From: Macrostomum lignano
Lineage: Eukaryota
Assembly (NCBI GenBank): GCA_002269645.1
Contig: NIVC01000037.1
Location: 124,001 to 188,000 of the forward strand
Direction of reading: 5' to 3'
DNA: 64,000 nucleotides
Under the pieces are notes generated by a model that saw nothing but the letters and a program-made list of their open reading frames with translations, made no database searches and had not been told where the DNA came from. How positions within the stretch are numbered: the stretch's first letter is position 1; each line of letters begins with the position of its first letter. Shown here piece by piece: positions 47,906 through 60,542 of this stretch. The position numbers and the translations under genes were made by a program.

Positions 47906-50900
47906 AAGCTGCTGTTGCTGCTGCTTCTGCTCCTGTTGCGGTGTCCAATCAGTTTTGATAGCATCGTCTAACGCGGGAGCCTTGCGCAGCTGCCGGTGAG
48001 ACCAGGTGTTCTGCCGGTGACGCATGGCTGTGCCTGGACAGGCGATGTTCGGGGTGAATTAACTGAAGCACAGCTAGCTTCGTATTTTAGTATTAAAATA
48101 TAGCTTCAGGACTGAAAAATTGACTGTTAATTTAATTTAAACGTCTTTTATCAGCCGAGTTTCGGGAGTTCAGTGGACTTAGAACCCATGCCTAGAGAAG
48201 AGTGGATCCCGATCAACAATCAATTATATTTTAGCTAGTTAAAATGTCAAAACGATCGAAAGTTACTAGCCGTGAATTTTTCTCATTTTTTTTAAATTCT
48301 AAAGATGAAGATGAGCTTCGGCAACTGGATTTTGAACCACAGTTGCCAACTAGCAGCTGAAATTCCGACCCTAAAACCCTGGCGATTTTTATATTATAAA
48401 TGTAACTGGGATTCGAACTTTGGCCCTCGGAGCTCTCACCGCCAGCGGTCGCATCAAATTGCGCAGGCAACGGCGGCGGCTGCGGCTGCGTCGGCAACTC
48501 CGCCGTTCGCGACATCTCAAATCGTCCCACTCGAACCACGGGTGGATCCGATGGAGAAGCCGGCGGGGGCGGCTGAGGCTGAGGCGGAGTCTGCACGGTC
48601 TGCACTGCTTCTTCTTCCAGAACGGGCAAGGATCGACAGACGTTGCCTGGGGACAGGTGCAGCTCCACGTGGTAGCGGCCGCGGGAGCCGGTGGTCTGGG
48701 TCGGGTCCTCGTAGATCATGAACACGATCTGGGTGAGGTAGCCCAGCTCCGGCACCGAGTCGCAGAACTCCAGCGCCCGGGCCCACTGCTCGTCTGAGGC
48801 CGCGTTGGCCAGGCCGCCGAAGCGCAGAGCAGCTAGCAGGGTGTGCAGGTGCGACTCCGAGGTGAAGTAGAGCCTGGTGCGCACGAACCGCTCAGGTGAG
48901 GCCACATTTAATGAGTAACTGCGATTTAACGGTTTAGGATGGGGGCGGCTGAGGTTTGCTGTCACGTATGTGAAGCATCTTGAGCCATCGTGTTTACCGA
49001 GATCTTCCAGCATCTTAAATTTGTTTACCCAGACCCGGAAACATCCTAGGGATATCAAGTGAAACCTTAAAGTGTCTTGAAGTTATGAAGCCATAATTCC
49101 ACATCCGGAATGTCTTGACTCACTCAGTGTTCAGTCTGGTACTGCCGCACTCGTCAAAGTCCAGGTTGCTGGTGTACTGTGTGTCGGCCAGTATTTTCCT
49201 TAGCAACGGGCTGCACACCTGCTCCGCAATGGCCAGCTTCTCCTCTCTTGTGATGCCATATTCGCTGGGCACGACAATGTCGGCCATGTTTTTCGCCAGC
49301 AGGTACAGCTCCTTGGCTTGTGAAAGGTCGGCGAAATGCTCCTGATTGTGCAGCAGGTCGTACTTGATGTTGTCGTAGATATCTGGCACTTTGGAGAAGG
49401 CGAATCTGGACTCCCCGTTGACCGCGTCGCCGGTTGAACAAACGTTCGATTGGTGAAAGTCCTTGGCCAGCTTGCGCCATCGTCCCAAGGCCAGGTCTAT
49501 GCTTTCTCCGTGGTAGAGTAGCTTCTGGTGCTGCTGCTGCTGCTGCTGCTCTGCCAGCTGCGCCAACTTGCCGCAGATCGCCTCCATACAGGCGCTCATT
49601 CTCTTGCAGGCTCTGGCCGGATTGCCGATGCGGTACATCGCCCTCAACACCGAGGTGGCCCCGGTTGGCGCGATGCGCTGCAGGTCCGCCTCGTTCCATT
49701 CGCGGTCGCAGCTCAGACAGGCCTGGATCCGCGCCTTCACCACGGCCATGAACCGGCGCCACTCGCTCGCCCCGGAGTCCAGCAGGCCGTCAGTGTTCGC
49801 GGATTTCACCATCTGCACCAGGATAGGCGTCAGCGGGCCCTCCAGATCGAGAAAGCCCTTGGCAAAGGCGGCAGCCGTTGTCTGGACTCGGCCCTCGTCG
49901 CTGGCGTAGATTTTCAGATCGTGCCGGTAGGTTGAGTGCAGGCGCAGCAGGCCCAGCCCGTCCTGCTGCGAGTAGCTCTCGCCACCCGGGTAGATCACCC
50001 TGGAGTGTTTTGGGACTTTGGTTTGATTGTGGGATTTTTGCTAAAAATCATGATTTCAACTTTATTCAGAGTGGGTGATCGTCATTGACAACTGAATTAC
50101 TCGTAGCAGGACGCTACCACTCGCAGGGGCGTCGCCAACGGGGGGACAGGTGCGCTAAAATGAGTGCCTGCGGCGCTAAAATGAGTGTCTGCGGCGCTAA
50201 AATGAGTGTCTGCGGCGCTAAAATTGCGGCGCTAAAATGAGTGCCTGCGGCGCTAAAATTGCGGCGCTAAAATGAGTGCCTGCGGCGCTAAAATGAGTGC
50301 CTGTGGCGCTAAAATGAGTGTCTGCGGCGCTAAAATGAGTGCCTGTGGCGCTAAAATGAGTGTCTGCGGCGCTAAAATGAGTGCCTGCGGCGCTAAAATT
50401 GCGGCGCTAAAATGAGTGTCTGCGGCGCTAAAATTGCGGCGCTAAAATGAGTGCCTGCGGCGCTAAAATTGCGGCGCTAAAATGAGTGCCTGCGGCGATA
50501 AAATGAGTGCCTGTGGCGCTAAAATGAGTGTCTGCGGCGCTAAAATGAGTGCCTGTGGCGCTAAAATGAGTGTCTGCGGCGCTAAAATGAGTGCCTGCGG
50601 CGCTAAAATTGCGGCGCTAAAATGAGTGCCTGCGGCGCTAAAATTGCGGCGCTAAAATGAGTGTCTGCGGCGCTAAAATTGCGGCGCTAAAATGAGTGCC
50701 TGCGGCGCTAAAATGAGTGCCTGTGGCGCTAAAATGAGTGTCTGCGGCGCTAAAATGAGTGCCTGTGGCGCTAAAATGAGTGTCTGCGGCGCTAAAATGA
50801 GTGCCTGCGGCGCTAAAATTGCGGCGCTAAAATGAGTGCCTGCGGCGCTAAAATTGCGGCGCTAAAATGAGTGCCTGCGGCGCTAAAATGAGTGCCTGTG

Positions 50901-53900
50901 GCGCTAAAATGAGTGTCTGCGGCGCTAAAATGAGTGCCTGCGGCGCTAAAATTGCGGCGCTAAAATGAGTGCCTGCGGCGCTAAAATTGCGGCGCTAAAA
51001 TGAGTGTCTGCGGCGCTAAAATTGCGGCGCTAAAATGAGTGCCTGCGGCGCTAAAATGAGTGTCTGCGGCGCTAAAATTGCGGCGCTAAAATGAGTGTCT
51101 GCGGCGCTAAAATTGCGGCGCTAAAATGAGTGTCTGCGGCGCTAAAATTGCGGCGCTAAAATGAGTGCCTGTGGCGCTAAAATGAGTGTCTGCGGCGCTA
51201 AAGTGAGTGTCTGCGGCGCTAAAATGAGTGCTGACGACGTTGATTCTGAAAATAATGTACATGTAAGAATTTAGTGTATATTTACATGTATATCTATAAT
51301 TATTGGCTTTGCCCCCCCCCACCATAAAATCCATGGCGACGCCCCTGACCACTCGGTTTTCTTAGAAGTGAGCTAGAATATTTGTCGTATCGCAATTGCA
51401 TTCAAAAATCACATTTTTCTCGACCAATTATGTCTATGGCCAAACCTCACTAAGCGCTATGCTTTCTCTAGAGCATTTTCCTATCTCCGTTGTGCATCTT
51501 CGCATGAAACTCAGGAGCCAAAAAAATTCTAAGAAACGAAGTTTCCCGTCTTTCTACTCAAGCCGTCCTTTGGCTGAGTCTCACCTGAAGGCCCTGCCGA
51601 GCCGTTCCGCCTGCTCCCGGCCCTCCTGGGTGAGCTCGCCGCCCCACTTGAGCACCAGCAGGAGGGGACTGGACGGCTTGACCGCGGACTCGGAGGCGGA
51701 ACCTCCGGCGTCGCCAGAGGTGGGTGGCGGAGAAAGCAGTTTAAGCTGAGCCTTGCGATTGATGCCCCGGAACCTGCCGTGCCGCTCCAGCACCTAGGAG
51801 AGTTGAAGGAGTTTGTAAACTAAACAGCATTGGGCTTTGGGCTGCAGCTGATATTTACGTGGGTGACAGAGTTGCTAGTAGGGCAGGAGTCCAAGAGGCG
51901 ACAGGGGGGCTAGTAGTGGACAGGGGGCTAGTAGTGGACAGGGGGGCTAGTAGTGGACAGGTGGGCTAGTAGTGGACAGGGGGCTAGTAGTGGACAGGGG
52001 GCTAGTAGTGGACAGGGGGCTAGTAGTGGACAGGGGGCTAGTAGTGGACAGGGGGGCTAGTAGTGGACAGGGGGGCTAGTAGTGGACAGGGGGGCTAGTA
52101 GTGGACAGGGGCTAGTAGTGGACAGGGGGCTAGTAGTGGACAGGGGGCTAGTAGTGGACAGGGGGCTAGTAGTGGACAGGGGGCTAGTAGTGGACAGGGG
52201 GCTAGTAGTGGACAGGGGGCTAGTAGTGGACAGGGGGCTAGTAGTGGACAGGGGGCTAGTAGTGGACAGGGGGCTAGTAGTGGACAGGGGGCTAGTAGTG
52301 GACAGGGGGGCTAGTAGTGGACAGGGGGCTAGTAGTGGACAGGGGGCTAGCTGGGGACACCCGGCTAGCAGGGGACAGGGGGGCTAGTAGTGGACAGGGG
52401 CTAGCTGGGGACACTCGGCTAGCAGGGGACAGGGGGCTAGCAGGGGACAGGGGGGCTAGCAGGGGACAGGGGGGCTAGCAGGGGACAGGGGGGCTAGCAG
52501 GGGACAGGGGGGCTAGCAGGGGACAGGGGGCTAGCTGGGGACACCCGGCTAGCAGGGGACAGGGGGGCTAGCAGGGGACAGGGGGGCTAGCAGGGGACAT
52601 TGGGCTAGCTGGGGACACCCGGCTAGCAGGGGACAAGGGGGCTAGCAGGGGACAGGGGGTCTAGCAGGGGACAGGGGGTCTAGCAGGGGACAGGGGCTAG
52701 AAGGGTACAGGGGCTAGAAGGGGACAGGGAGGCTAGCAGGGGACAGAAGGGCTATCAGGAGTCCCCACCGCATTCTCACCTGCCGCAGCTGCTCCAGTTT
52801 CAGCCGATTCTCTCTCGGCTTCTCTTCCTCCCCGTCAGCAACAGCAGCGCCAGCGGTTGTCGGCAGCTGCACCAGCAGCTCCCTGGCGATGTCCAGCAGC
52901 TCCTGCAGCGCGGCCGGCTTCTTCAGTTTCACATCGACAGCCTTCGGGCTGGCCCGATGGCGCTGGAACAGCCGGTGGAAAGCCGCGTTGTAGACGGGCA
53001 TCTTCAGCTTCTGCTTGGGCGTTCGATCGCCGTGCCGGATGACCGCCACGACGCAGCGCAGCTCCATGACGGTGCCGAAGGTGGTGAGGATGAGCGGCGG
53101 CTTGTCCATGGTCGGATAGCTGATGGATAGCGATAAGGATGGCGCAATGGCTTGCGTCACCATGACGCCCAGAATGTAGGCGAAGTCGTCGTAGTATTTC
53201 TCTGAGCTCTTCACGAAACTGAAGCCGTTGACGTCGCAGACGTAGGAAGCGTCGTTGGTGCGCAGCAAGTCGAAGCCGCATACGGTCTGGCTGAAGGCTT
53301 CCACCACCTGTAATGGGTCAGGTGAAAGATATATTATAATAATAATAGATAAAGTATTTGCATCGACAGGAGGAGAGGGGAGGAGAGGAGAGGGGAGAGG
53401 AGAGAGGAGAGGAGAGAGAGGAGACAGGAGAGGAGAGAGGAGAAGAGGAGTGGAGAGGAGAGGAGAGAGGAGAGGGGAGGAGAGGAGAGAGGAGAGGGAG
53501 GAGAGGAGAGAGGAGAGGGGAGGAGAGGAGAGAGGAGAGGAGAGAGGAGAGTAGAGGAGAGGAGAGGAGAGGAGAGAGGAGAGGAGAGGAGAGGAGAGGA
53601 GAGGAGAGGAGAGGAGAGGAGAGGAGAGGAGAGGAGAGAAGAGGAGTGGAGAGGAGAGAGGAGAGTAGAGGAGAGGAGAGGAGAGGAGAGGAGAGGAGAG
53701 GAGAGGAGAGGAGAGGAGAGGAGAGAAGAGGAGTGGAGAGGAGAGGAGAGAGGAGAGGGAGGAGAGGAGAGAGGAGAGGGGAGGAGAGGAGAGAGGAGAG
53801 GGGAGGAGAGAGGAGAGGGGAGGAGAGAGGAGAGGGGAGGAGAGAGGAGAGGAGAGGAGTGAGGAGAGGAGAGAGTAGATGAGAGAGGAGAGGAGAGAGG

Positions 53901-56427
53901 AGAGGAGAGGAGAGGAGAGGAGAGGAGAGGAGAGAAGAGGAGTGGAGAGGAGAGGAGAGAGGAGAGGGAGGAGAGGAGAGAGGAGAGGGAGGAGAGGAGA
54001 GAGGAGAGGGAGGAGAGAGGAGAGGGGAGGAGAGAGGAGAGGGGAGGAGAGAGGAGAGGAGAGGAGTGAGGAGAGGAGAGAGTAGATGAGAGAGGAGAGG
54101 AGAGAGGAGAGGAGAGAGGAGAGGAGAGAGGAGAGGAGAGAGGAGAGGAGAGAGGAGAGGAGAGAGGAGAGGAGAGAGGAGAGAGAGAGGAGGAGAGGAG
54201 AGGAGAGAAGAGAAGGGGGAGCAGATGAGAGAGAGGAGGAGAGGAGACGAGAGGAGAGGAGAGAGGAGAGGAGAGAGGAGAGGAGAGAGGAGACGAGAGG
54301 AGACGAGAGGAGGAGAAAAGAGAGGAAAGAGGAGATTAGAGAGAAAAGACCTGAGAAAAGACACAAACCTTGAGCGTGGCGGATTGCTATTGTTAATTTT
54401 TCAAAAGACCCGAGGGCCGAATAGAGACCCTGATTTAGACTAGTGAGCCATCGGACAAGTGAGTTTTTCAGTATGTACAATCCAAACTGGCTACTTAGAC
54501 TCAGTAGTGAGTGAAAAGTATGCTGAGACATATACAATATATGGTAGAATTAGTCAAGTGAGAAATACCTTCTTGGCGATAATTTTCTCCCTGGCGGTGA
54601 GTATGATTGGGCAGCGCATCTCCTTGCCCTCCGGGTCGCGCTCCACTTTGCCATCCAGTGCTGGCGACTTTCGGGCCTCGGCGTGAGCGTAGTCCTTGCC
54701 GATGGCGTACACCTGGGCAAGGCGGTTAGAGCGTTAAACTTGGAAGTTTGTTTGCATTATCAGAGCCAAGCAGATTAGCCCTCGATGACAGTGCAAGCCA
54801 GTTTGTATTCACCAGCCCGACTGGCATGCGATTGAAAGTATCAAGTTTACAATAATTTTCCAACTGGAAATTGTAGCATCACAGCGGGGGGGGCAGCGAC
54901 CCGACTGCATTTGCATAGCAGCAAACCGGCAACAGCCACTTCCACTGCTGGTTCAAAGTCAAAAGTACGCAAACTCGATTGTGGAAAATATTTTTGGGGT
55001 TTTTTTTCATAGCGCCTGCTGTGCGAAACAGACTGGAGAGATGCTGGTTGCCCGGGCATGTGAACACCTGTTTGTCTGAACTTCACTTTGTATGCGGGAA
55101 TTCCGCGCTAAATTTGGATTGCAATTTATGCGTCCGTACTTGAAGAAATACTGATTCTGCCTAAGCTGAGGGTCACGTGGGGTTGCTAGCTTATTCTGAG
55201 GCTGTATTAAAGTTCTAAATAGTCTCATATGAGAGTCCTTGGGGTTGGTAGCCTCATCTGATGGTCATATGAGGTTCTAGTTAGCTTCATCTGTGGGTCA
55301 TGTGCAGCGTTAAGCCAGAGGGTCATGTGCAGCGTTAAGCCAGAGGGTCATGTGAGGTTCTAATTAGCCTCACCTGGGGGTCATATGAGATTCCAATCAA
55401 CCTTACCTGAGGGTCGCATTGTGAGGTTCTAATTAGCCTGAGGGTCATGCGAGGTTCTAAGTACCTGAGGGTCATATGAGGTTCTAATTAGCTTCACCTG
55501 TGGGTCATGTGCAGCGTTAAACCTGAGGGTCATGTGAGGTTCTAATTAGCCTCACCTGGGGGTCGCATTGTGAGGTTCTAATTAGCCTGAGGGTCATGTG
55601 AGGTTCTTTTTAGCCTCACCTGGGGTCATATTGTGAGGTTCTAATTAGCCTCACCTGAGGGTCATGTGAGGCTCTAATCAACAAACTCCAGCCCAGCTAA
55701 CCTTGATGTCCGTGCCGTCAGTGAGCATGAAGTCTTCGTACAAGAAGCTGCCCTGGCGCCGGACCCGACTTTCGCCGCTCAGGTAGACGCTGCTGCAGTT
55801 GCCAATCTTGCGAAACAGCTGCACGCAGCCGCCGCCAGCTGAGCTGGGAAAATAAATTCTAATGTTGTGATCCTCGGCATCAATTGGCTTCTCAACAAAC
55901 GGCTTGTGAAACACCTGGCCGAGCACGCTGATCTGATCATCTGATTCTGTCAGAGCGGACTCGCTGCTACGGTCAACTTCGTCTACCGCCGTATGACAGT
56001 CTTTGCTGTTACTGTCATTACTGCTACTACTATTATTAGTATCATTATTATTATTATTACTATTCTGGCTGGTGTTTCTGGCACAGCGCTGCAGCACAGC
56101 GTAGCGCACCACAGGGATGTCTCGCTCGCGCAGGCGCTCGTACACCAGCCGCCGGTCCATCAGGAGCCGCTGGGCCGCCAGATCGTTGACCAGAAACGGC
56201 TTTCGGAGCTGAGCGTAGGCGATGGCTTTGTCCAGAGGGAAGCCGTGCGAGTAGAACGCGATGAGGGCGTCCACGGCCGGCCAGTGGTCGACTGGCTCGT
56301 TCAGGATGACGGACTCCGGGAATGGCACAATCTCGATGTGCTCGAAACGGTGCAGCCGGCCGAGGATAGCCGTCATGGGCTTCGACTTCACTTTCTTATC
56401 CATGGCGCAGAGGCCGAGGCGAATCAT
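47186..56427 (-). CDS. PPIP5K: Inositol hexakisphosphate/diphosphoinositol-pentakisphosphate kinase (PPIP5K/VIP1), 8 coding exons, ~1213 aa
   Basis: Exons 56427-55702 (acceptor at 56437, so an upstream exon or leader exists), 54712-54569, 53307-52780, 51793-51585, 49999-49124, 48918-48440, 48033-47716 and 47547-47186, with consistent phases (3642 nt). ATP-grasp kinase motifs: [29 protein letters not shown]|[29 protein letters not shown]. His-phosphatase motifs: [47 protein letters not shown]-terminal PLETLHN motif. Confidence 0.96.
50124..51347 (+). mobile_element. Non-autonomous hAT-type DNA transposon (MITE), 1224 bp, filled with a 14/21-bp tandem array
   Basis: Perfect 14-bp TIRs CAGGGGCGTCGCCA (50124) and TGGCGACGCCCCTG (51334-51347). 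8-bp TSD ACCACTCG at 50116-50123 and 51348-51355. No coding capacity. Confidence 0.93.
50152..51230. repeat. 21/14-bp array (GCGGCGCTAAAATGAGTGYCT / GCGGCGCTAAAATT) inside the MITE
   Basis: Visible directly. Confidence 0.96.
51900..52745. repeat. 18/19-bp G-rich minisatellite (GGGGGCTAGTAGTGGACA grading into GGGGGGCTAGCAGGGGACA), PPIP5K intron 3
   Basis: Two adjacent sub-families visible. Confidence 0.95.
53367..54432 (-). mobile_element. CAGGG-headed element with TC-rich tail, copy C (~1-kb tail), PPIP5K intron 2
   Basis: The minus strand from 54432 reads CAGGGTCTCTATTCGGCCCTCGGGTCTTTTGAAAAATTAACAATAGCAATCCGCCACGCTCAAGGTTTGTGTCTTTTCTCAG, followed by a (TCTCC)n-like tail to ~53367. Confidence 0.7.
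55270..55675. repeat. Degenerate ~28-35-bp minisatellite (GAGGGTCATGTGAGGTTCTAATTAGCCTCACCT), PPIP5K intron 1
   Basis: Tandem units ending ~25 bp from the donor. Confidence 0.88.
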
Positions 56428-56486
56428 GATCTCTGGCTGTGAGCGGTAATTGGAGAGATCAGATGAGGCGAGGCTAAGATGAGGTT

Positions 56487-56920
56487 AGCTAGTTGATAAG
56501 ACTCAACAGGTGTGTTTAATGATAGCTGGCTGATAAGACTCAACAGGTGTGTTTAAAAGAATAGCTAGCTGATAAGATTTAACAAGTGTGTTTAATAATA
56601 GCTAGTTGATAAGACTCAACAGGTGTGATAAACAATAGCTAGCTGATAAGACTCAACAGGTGTGTTTAATAATAGCTAGCTGATAAGACTCAACAGGTGT
56701 GTTTAATGATAGCTGACTGATAAGACTCAACAGGTGTGTTTAATGATAGCTGGCTGATAAGACTCAACAGGTTTGTTTAACGATAGCTGGCTGATAAGAC
56801 TCAACAGGTGTGTTTAATGATAGCTAGCTGATAAGACTCGACAGGTTTGTTTAACGATAGCTGGCTGATAAGACTCAACAGGTGTGTTTAATGATAGCTA
56901 GCTGATAAGACTCGACAGGT
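56487..56920. repeat. 37-bp minisatellite (GATAGCTRGCTGATAAGACTCAACAGGTGTGTTTAAT) upstream of the first PPIP5K coding exon
   Basis: About 11 units. Confidence 0.93.
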
Positions 56921-57837
56921 AGGCTAATATGACAGATAAAGAGTTGATAAGAGTATTAAACAGGCTCTCGGTCGGTTTGTTTGCTCAAAATCTCTAGCAG
57001 GAGAGATTGATGTTTTCAACTCTGTGAGCCCTATTCTAAATAGTTATTCCTACAATGCATTGCATTTCCCAGCTACGCTTGCCTTTTAAATTTAAATACC
57101 CCTCTCCGCCTCTGACATTAACCGTTGGGATTTTCCATGCGACCATTGGGGCGACACTTTTCGCATAAGTATGAGTCAGGAAGTGAGAAATAGAAGCGGG
57201 AATCAAGACGCGACTTGGCGAAGCTTTTGACTGAAGTTCCTCACAAAGCAACACGTGTACGCCTGTTGCTGGGGGGAGGAGGGGGTTATTGTGTAGAGCT
57301 AGTATTTTCAGAAGCAGAGAACTTACTGTGCCGGCAATTTTACTATCAAACGTACGAACCAGTTAAGAGCAGTCAGCTCTGGTCTGTGACTGGCATTTTC
57401 TAACCGGGGCTGCTCGCAGCCTATTGAACAAATCAGCTAACACTGCGCCTGCAGCTGCATCGTGTGAGCTTGGATGGAGAGAAAAATGGGAAAGGCCCAG
57501 CAAACAGGCCGGTCTTAAATACAAGAGAAGAGCCGCGGCGTGGAGGGTGGGAGCGAGACACAATTAGAACGGAGCGGAGAAGAGGGGCTGAGAGAGAGAA
57601 TTGAAGCGAGGCCAAGAGCTGTGGGGGTGGCTGGGGTTGCACGTACGGTCGGGAGCGAGGCTGAGCTCCGGTACAAAGCCAAGCGGGAGAGAGGCTCGGC
57701 TGCGTACAGAGAGAGGTACGGGTGCCTTTAGACAGAGGCCAGAGGTCAGGAGAGGACAGTCCAGCGTCAGCTGACTGGATGGTCGATGCCCAATCGCTGT
57801 ACGTTATCTTAATGCATGGTGATGCGTGTTATTGTGT

Positions 57838-58800
<963 letters not shown>

Positions 58801-59155
58801 CTTTTTATTATTAATATTACAATAGGCTCTCAAGCGCAAATATTTACTGAACTTAACAGGAATAAGTGAGCAGTTGCGCTGCTCTTCACATTAGTATTAT
58901 TCGATGTGTCGCAAAGCATACATTTCTGGGTTTTCGGACGAAGCGCAACTTCAGTGGAAACTTTCAATCATCAATCAATAATACAAAATGTTCCGCAATT
59001 CAAAACACAGGTTGATTGGTTACGAATTAAGCGTGAATAAGTAAACGAAGAAGCCATCTCGAATTGGCAGCCATGAATAAAATGAATTTTCCGGTGTCGA
59101 ATCTCGTTTGAAGGAGAATGCTGCAGTGTTGCGGGCGGTCAGGGGGTGCCGGCAG

Positions 59156-60223
59156 TCACGGTGGGTCCACTATTGAGTCGCCCTCCCCGTGCAGCCAGTA
59201 GGTCAGCTGCCGGCCCTTGCCCTGCATGATGGGAGGGGGAGAAGTGCTTCAACCATTAACTCATGAGCTCACTCATGAACTCACTCAAGAACTCACTCAA
59301 GAACTCACTCAAGAACTCACTCAAGAACTCACTCAAGAACTCACTCAAGAACTCACTCAAGAACTCACTCAAGAACTCACTCAAGAACTCACTCAAGAAC
59401 TCACTCAAGAACTCACTCAAGAACTCACTCAAGAACTCACTCAAGAACTCACTCAAGAACTCACTCAAGAACTCACTCAAGAACTCACTCAAGAACTCAC
59501 TCAAGAACTCACTCATGAACTAATGAACCACTCATGAACTCACTCATGAATTCACTCATGAATTCCCTCAAGAACTCACTCATGAACTCACTCAAGAACT
59601 CACTCAAGAACTCACTCATGAACTCACTCATGAATTCCCTCAAGAACTCACTCATAACTCATAAACTCATGAAGTTTCACCGCACCTTCATTTCCACTTC
59701 GCCCCGCACAGTGGTGACGAAGCCGCCAAGGCTCTGCAGAATGGTGAATGTGCTGGCACTAATGTGGATCTTCAATGGCAGGCCGTTGCTCTCCATCCGG
59801 GAGGCTGTGTTCACCGTGTCGCCGAATAGGCAGTAACGAGGCATCTTCAGGCCGACCACTCCAGCGCACACGGGACCTGCGGTGTTTTGGAAACTCTTAC
59901 TGGTACTTTTTATAAATCCTATTCCTAATCCCCTCAGAATGCAAACATTAGCGCAATTCAAGAGAGCAAAACAACCTACCGGAGTTGATGCCAATGCGCA
60001 GTTTGAGTTTCTCCTCCGGCTTGTGCCGAATTCGAAAGGTGGAAATGTGCTCCAGAAAGTTGAGCGCCATTCTGGCAATCTCTCTGGCATGATTGATACC
60101 GTTTCTCACTGGCAGGCCAGACACTACCATGTAGGCGTCTCCGATGGTCTCCACTTTGTAGCAATCGTAGCGTTCGATGATACAGTCGAATAAGGTGTAC
60201 AGATCGTTCAGTAGGGTCACTAC
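59156..60223 (-). CDS. Guanylyl cyclase catalytic domain (receptor/NPR-like), last 3 exons; 5' exons not in window
   Basis: Exons 60223-59980, 59876-59686 and 59221-59156, phases 1 and 0 consistent. Translation: [13 protein letters not shown]...[17 protein letters not shown]...H...IARMAL...LRIGINSG|[31 protein letters not shown]...IHIS...RGEVEMK|[10 protein letters not shown]. The Glu in KVETIG and the Cys in RYCLF specify GTP. Confidence 0.93.
59258..59672. repeat. 12-bp minisatellite (ACTCACTCAAGA) in the last guanylyl cyclase intron
   Basis: Visible directly. Confidence 0.96.
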
Positions 60224-60275
60224 CTGTAGACATGGAGAGGAGAAGAGAGGAAAAAGTGTTTAGCGTTCGGCGGTC

Positions 60276-60542
60276 AGTGTGAGGGGTGGTGGGTGTGAGG
60301 GGTGGTGGGTGTGAGGGTTGGTGGGTGTGAGGGGTGGTGGATGTGCGGGTTGGTGGGTGTGCGGGGTGGTGAGTGTGCGGGGTGGTGGGTGTGCGGGTTG
60401 GTGGATGTGCGGGGTGGTGGGGGTGAGGAGTGGTGGGTGTGCGGGTTAGTGGGTTGCGGGGTGATGGGGGTGAGGGGTGATGGGTGTGCGGGTTAGTGGG
60501 TTGCGGGGTGATGGGGGTGAGGGGTGGTGGGTATGAAGGGTG
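60276..60542. repeat. ~17-bp G/T-rich minisatellite (GGTGGTGGGTGTGMGGG)
   Basis: Degenerate tandem units upstream of the acceptor at 60224. Confidence 0.88.

Noticed and set aside
57363-57731. Short ORFs upstream of PPIP5K as its first coding exon
   Set aside because: No recognisable homology and no clear donor that I could phase with the acceptor at 56437.
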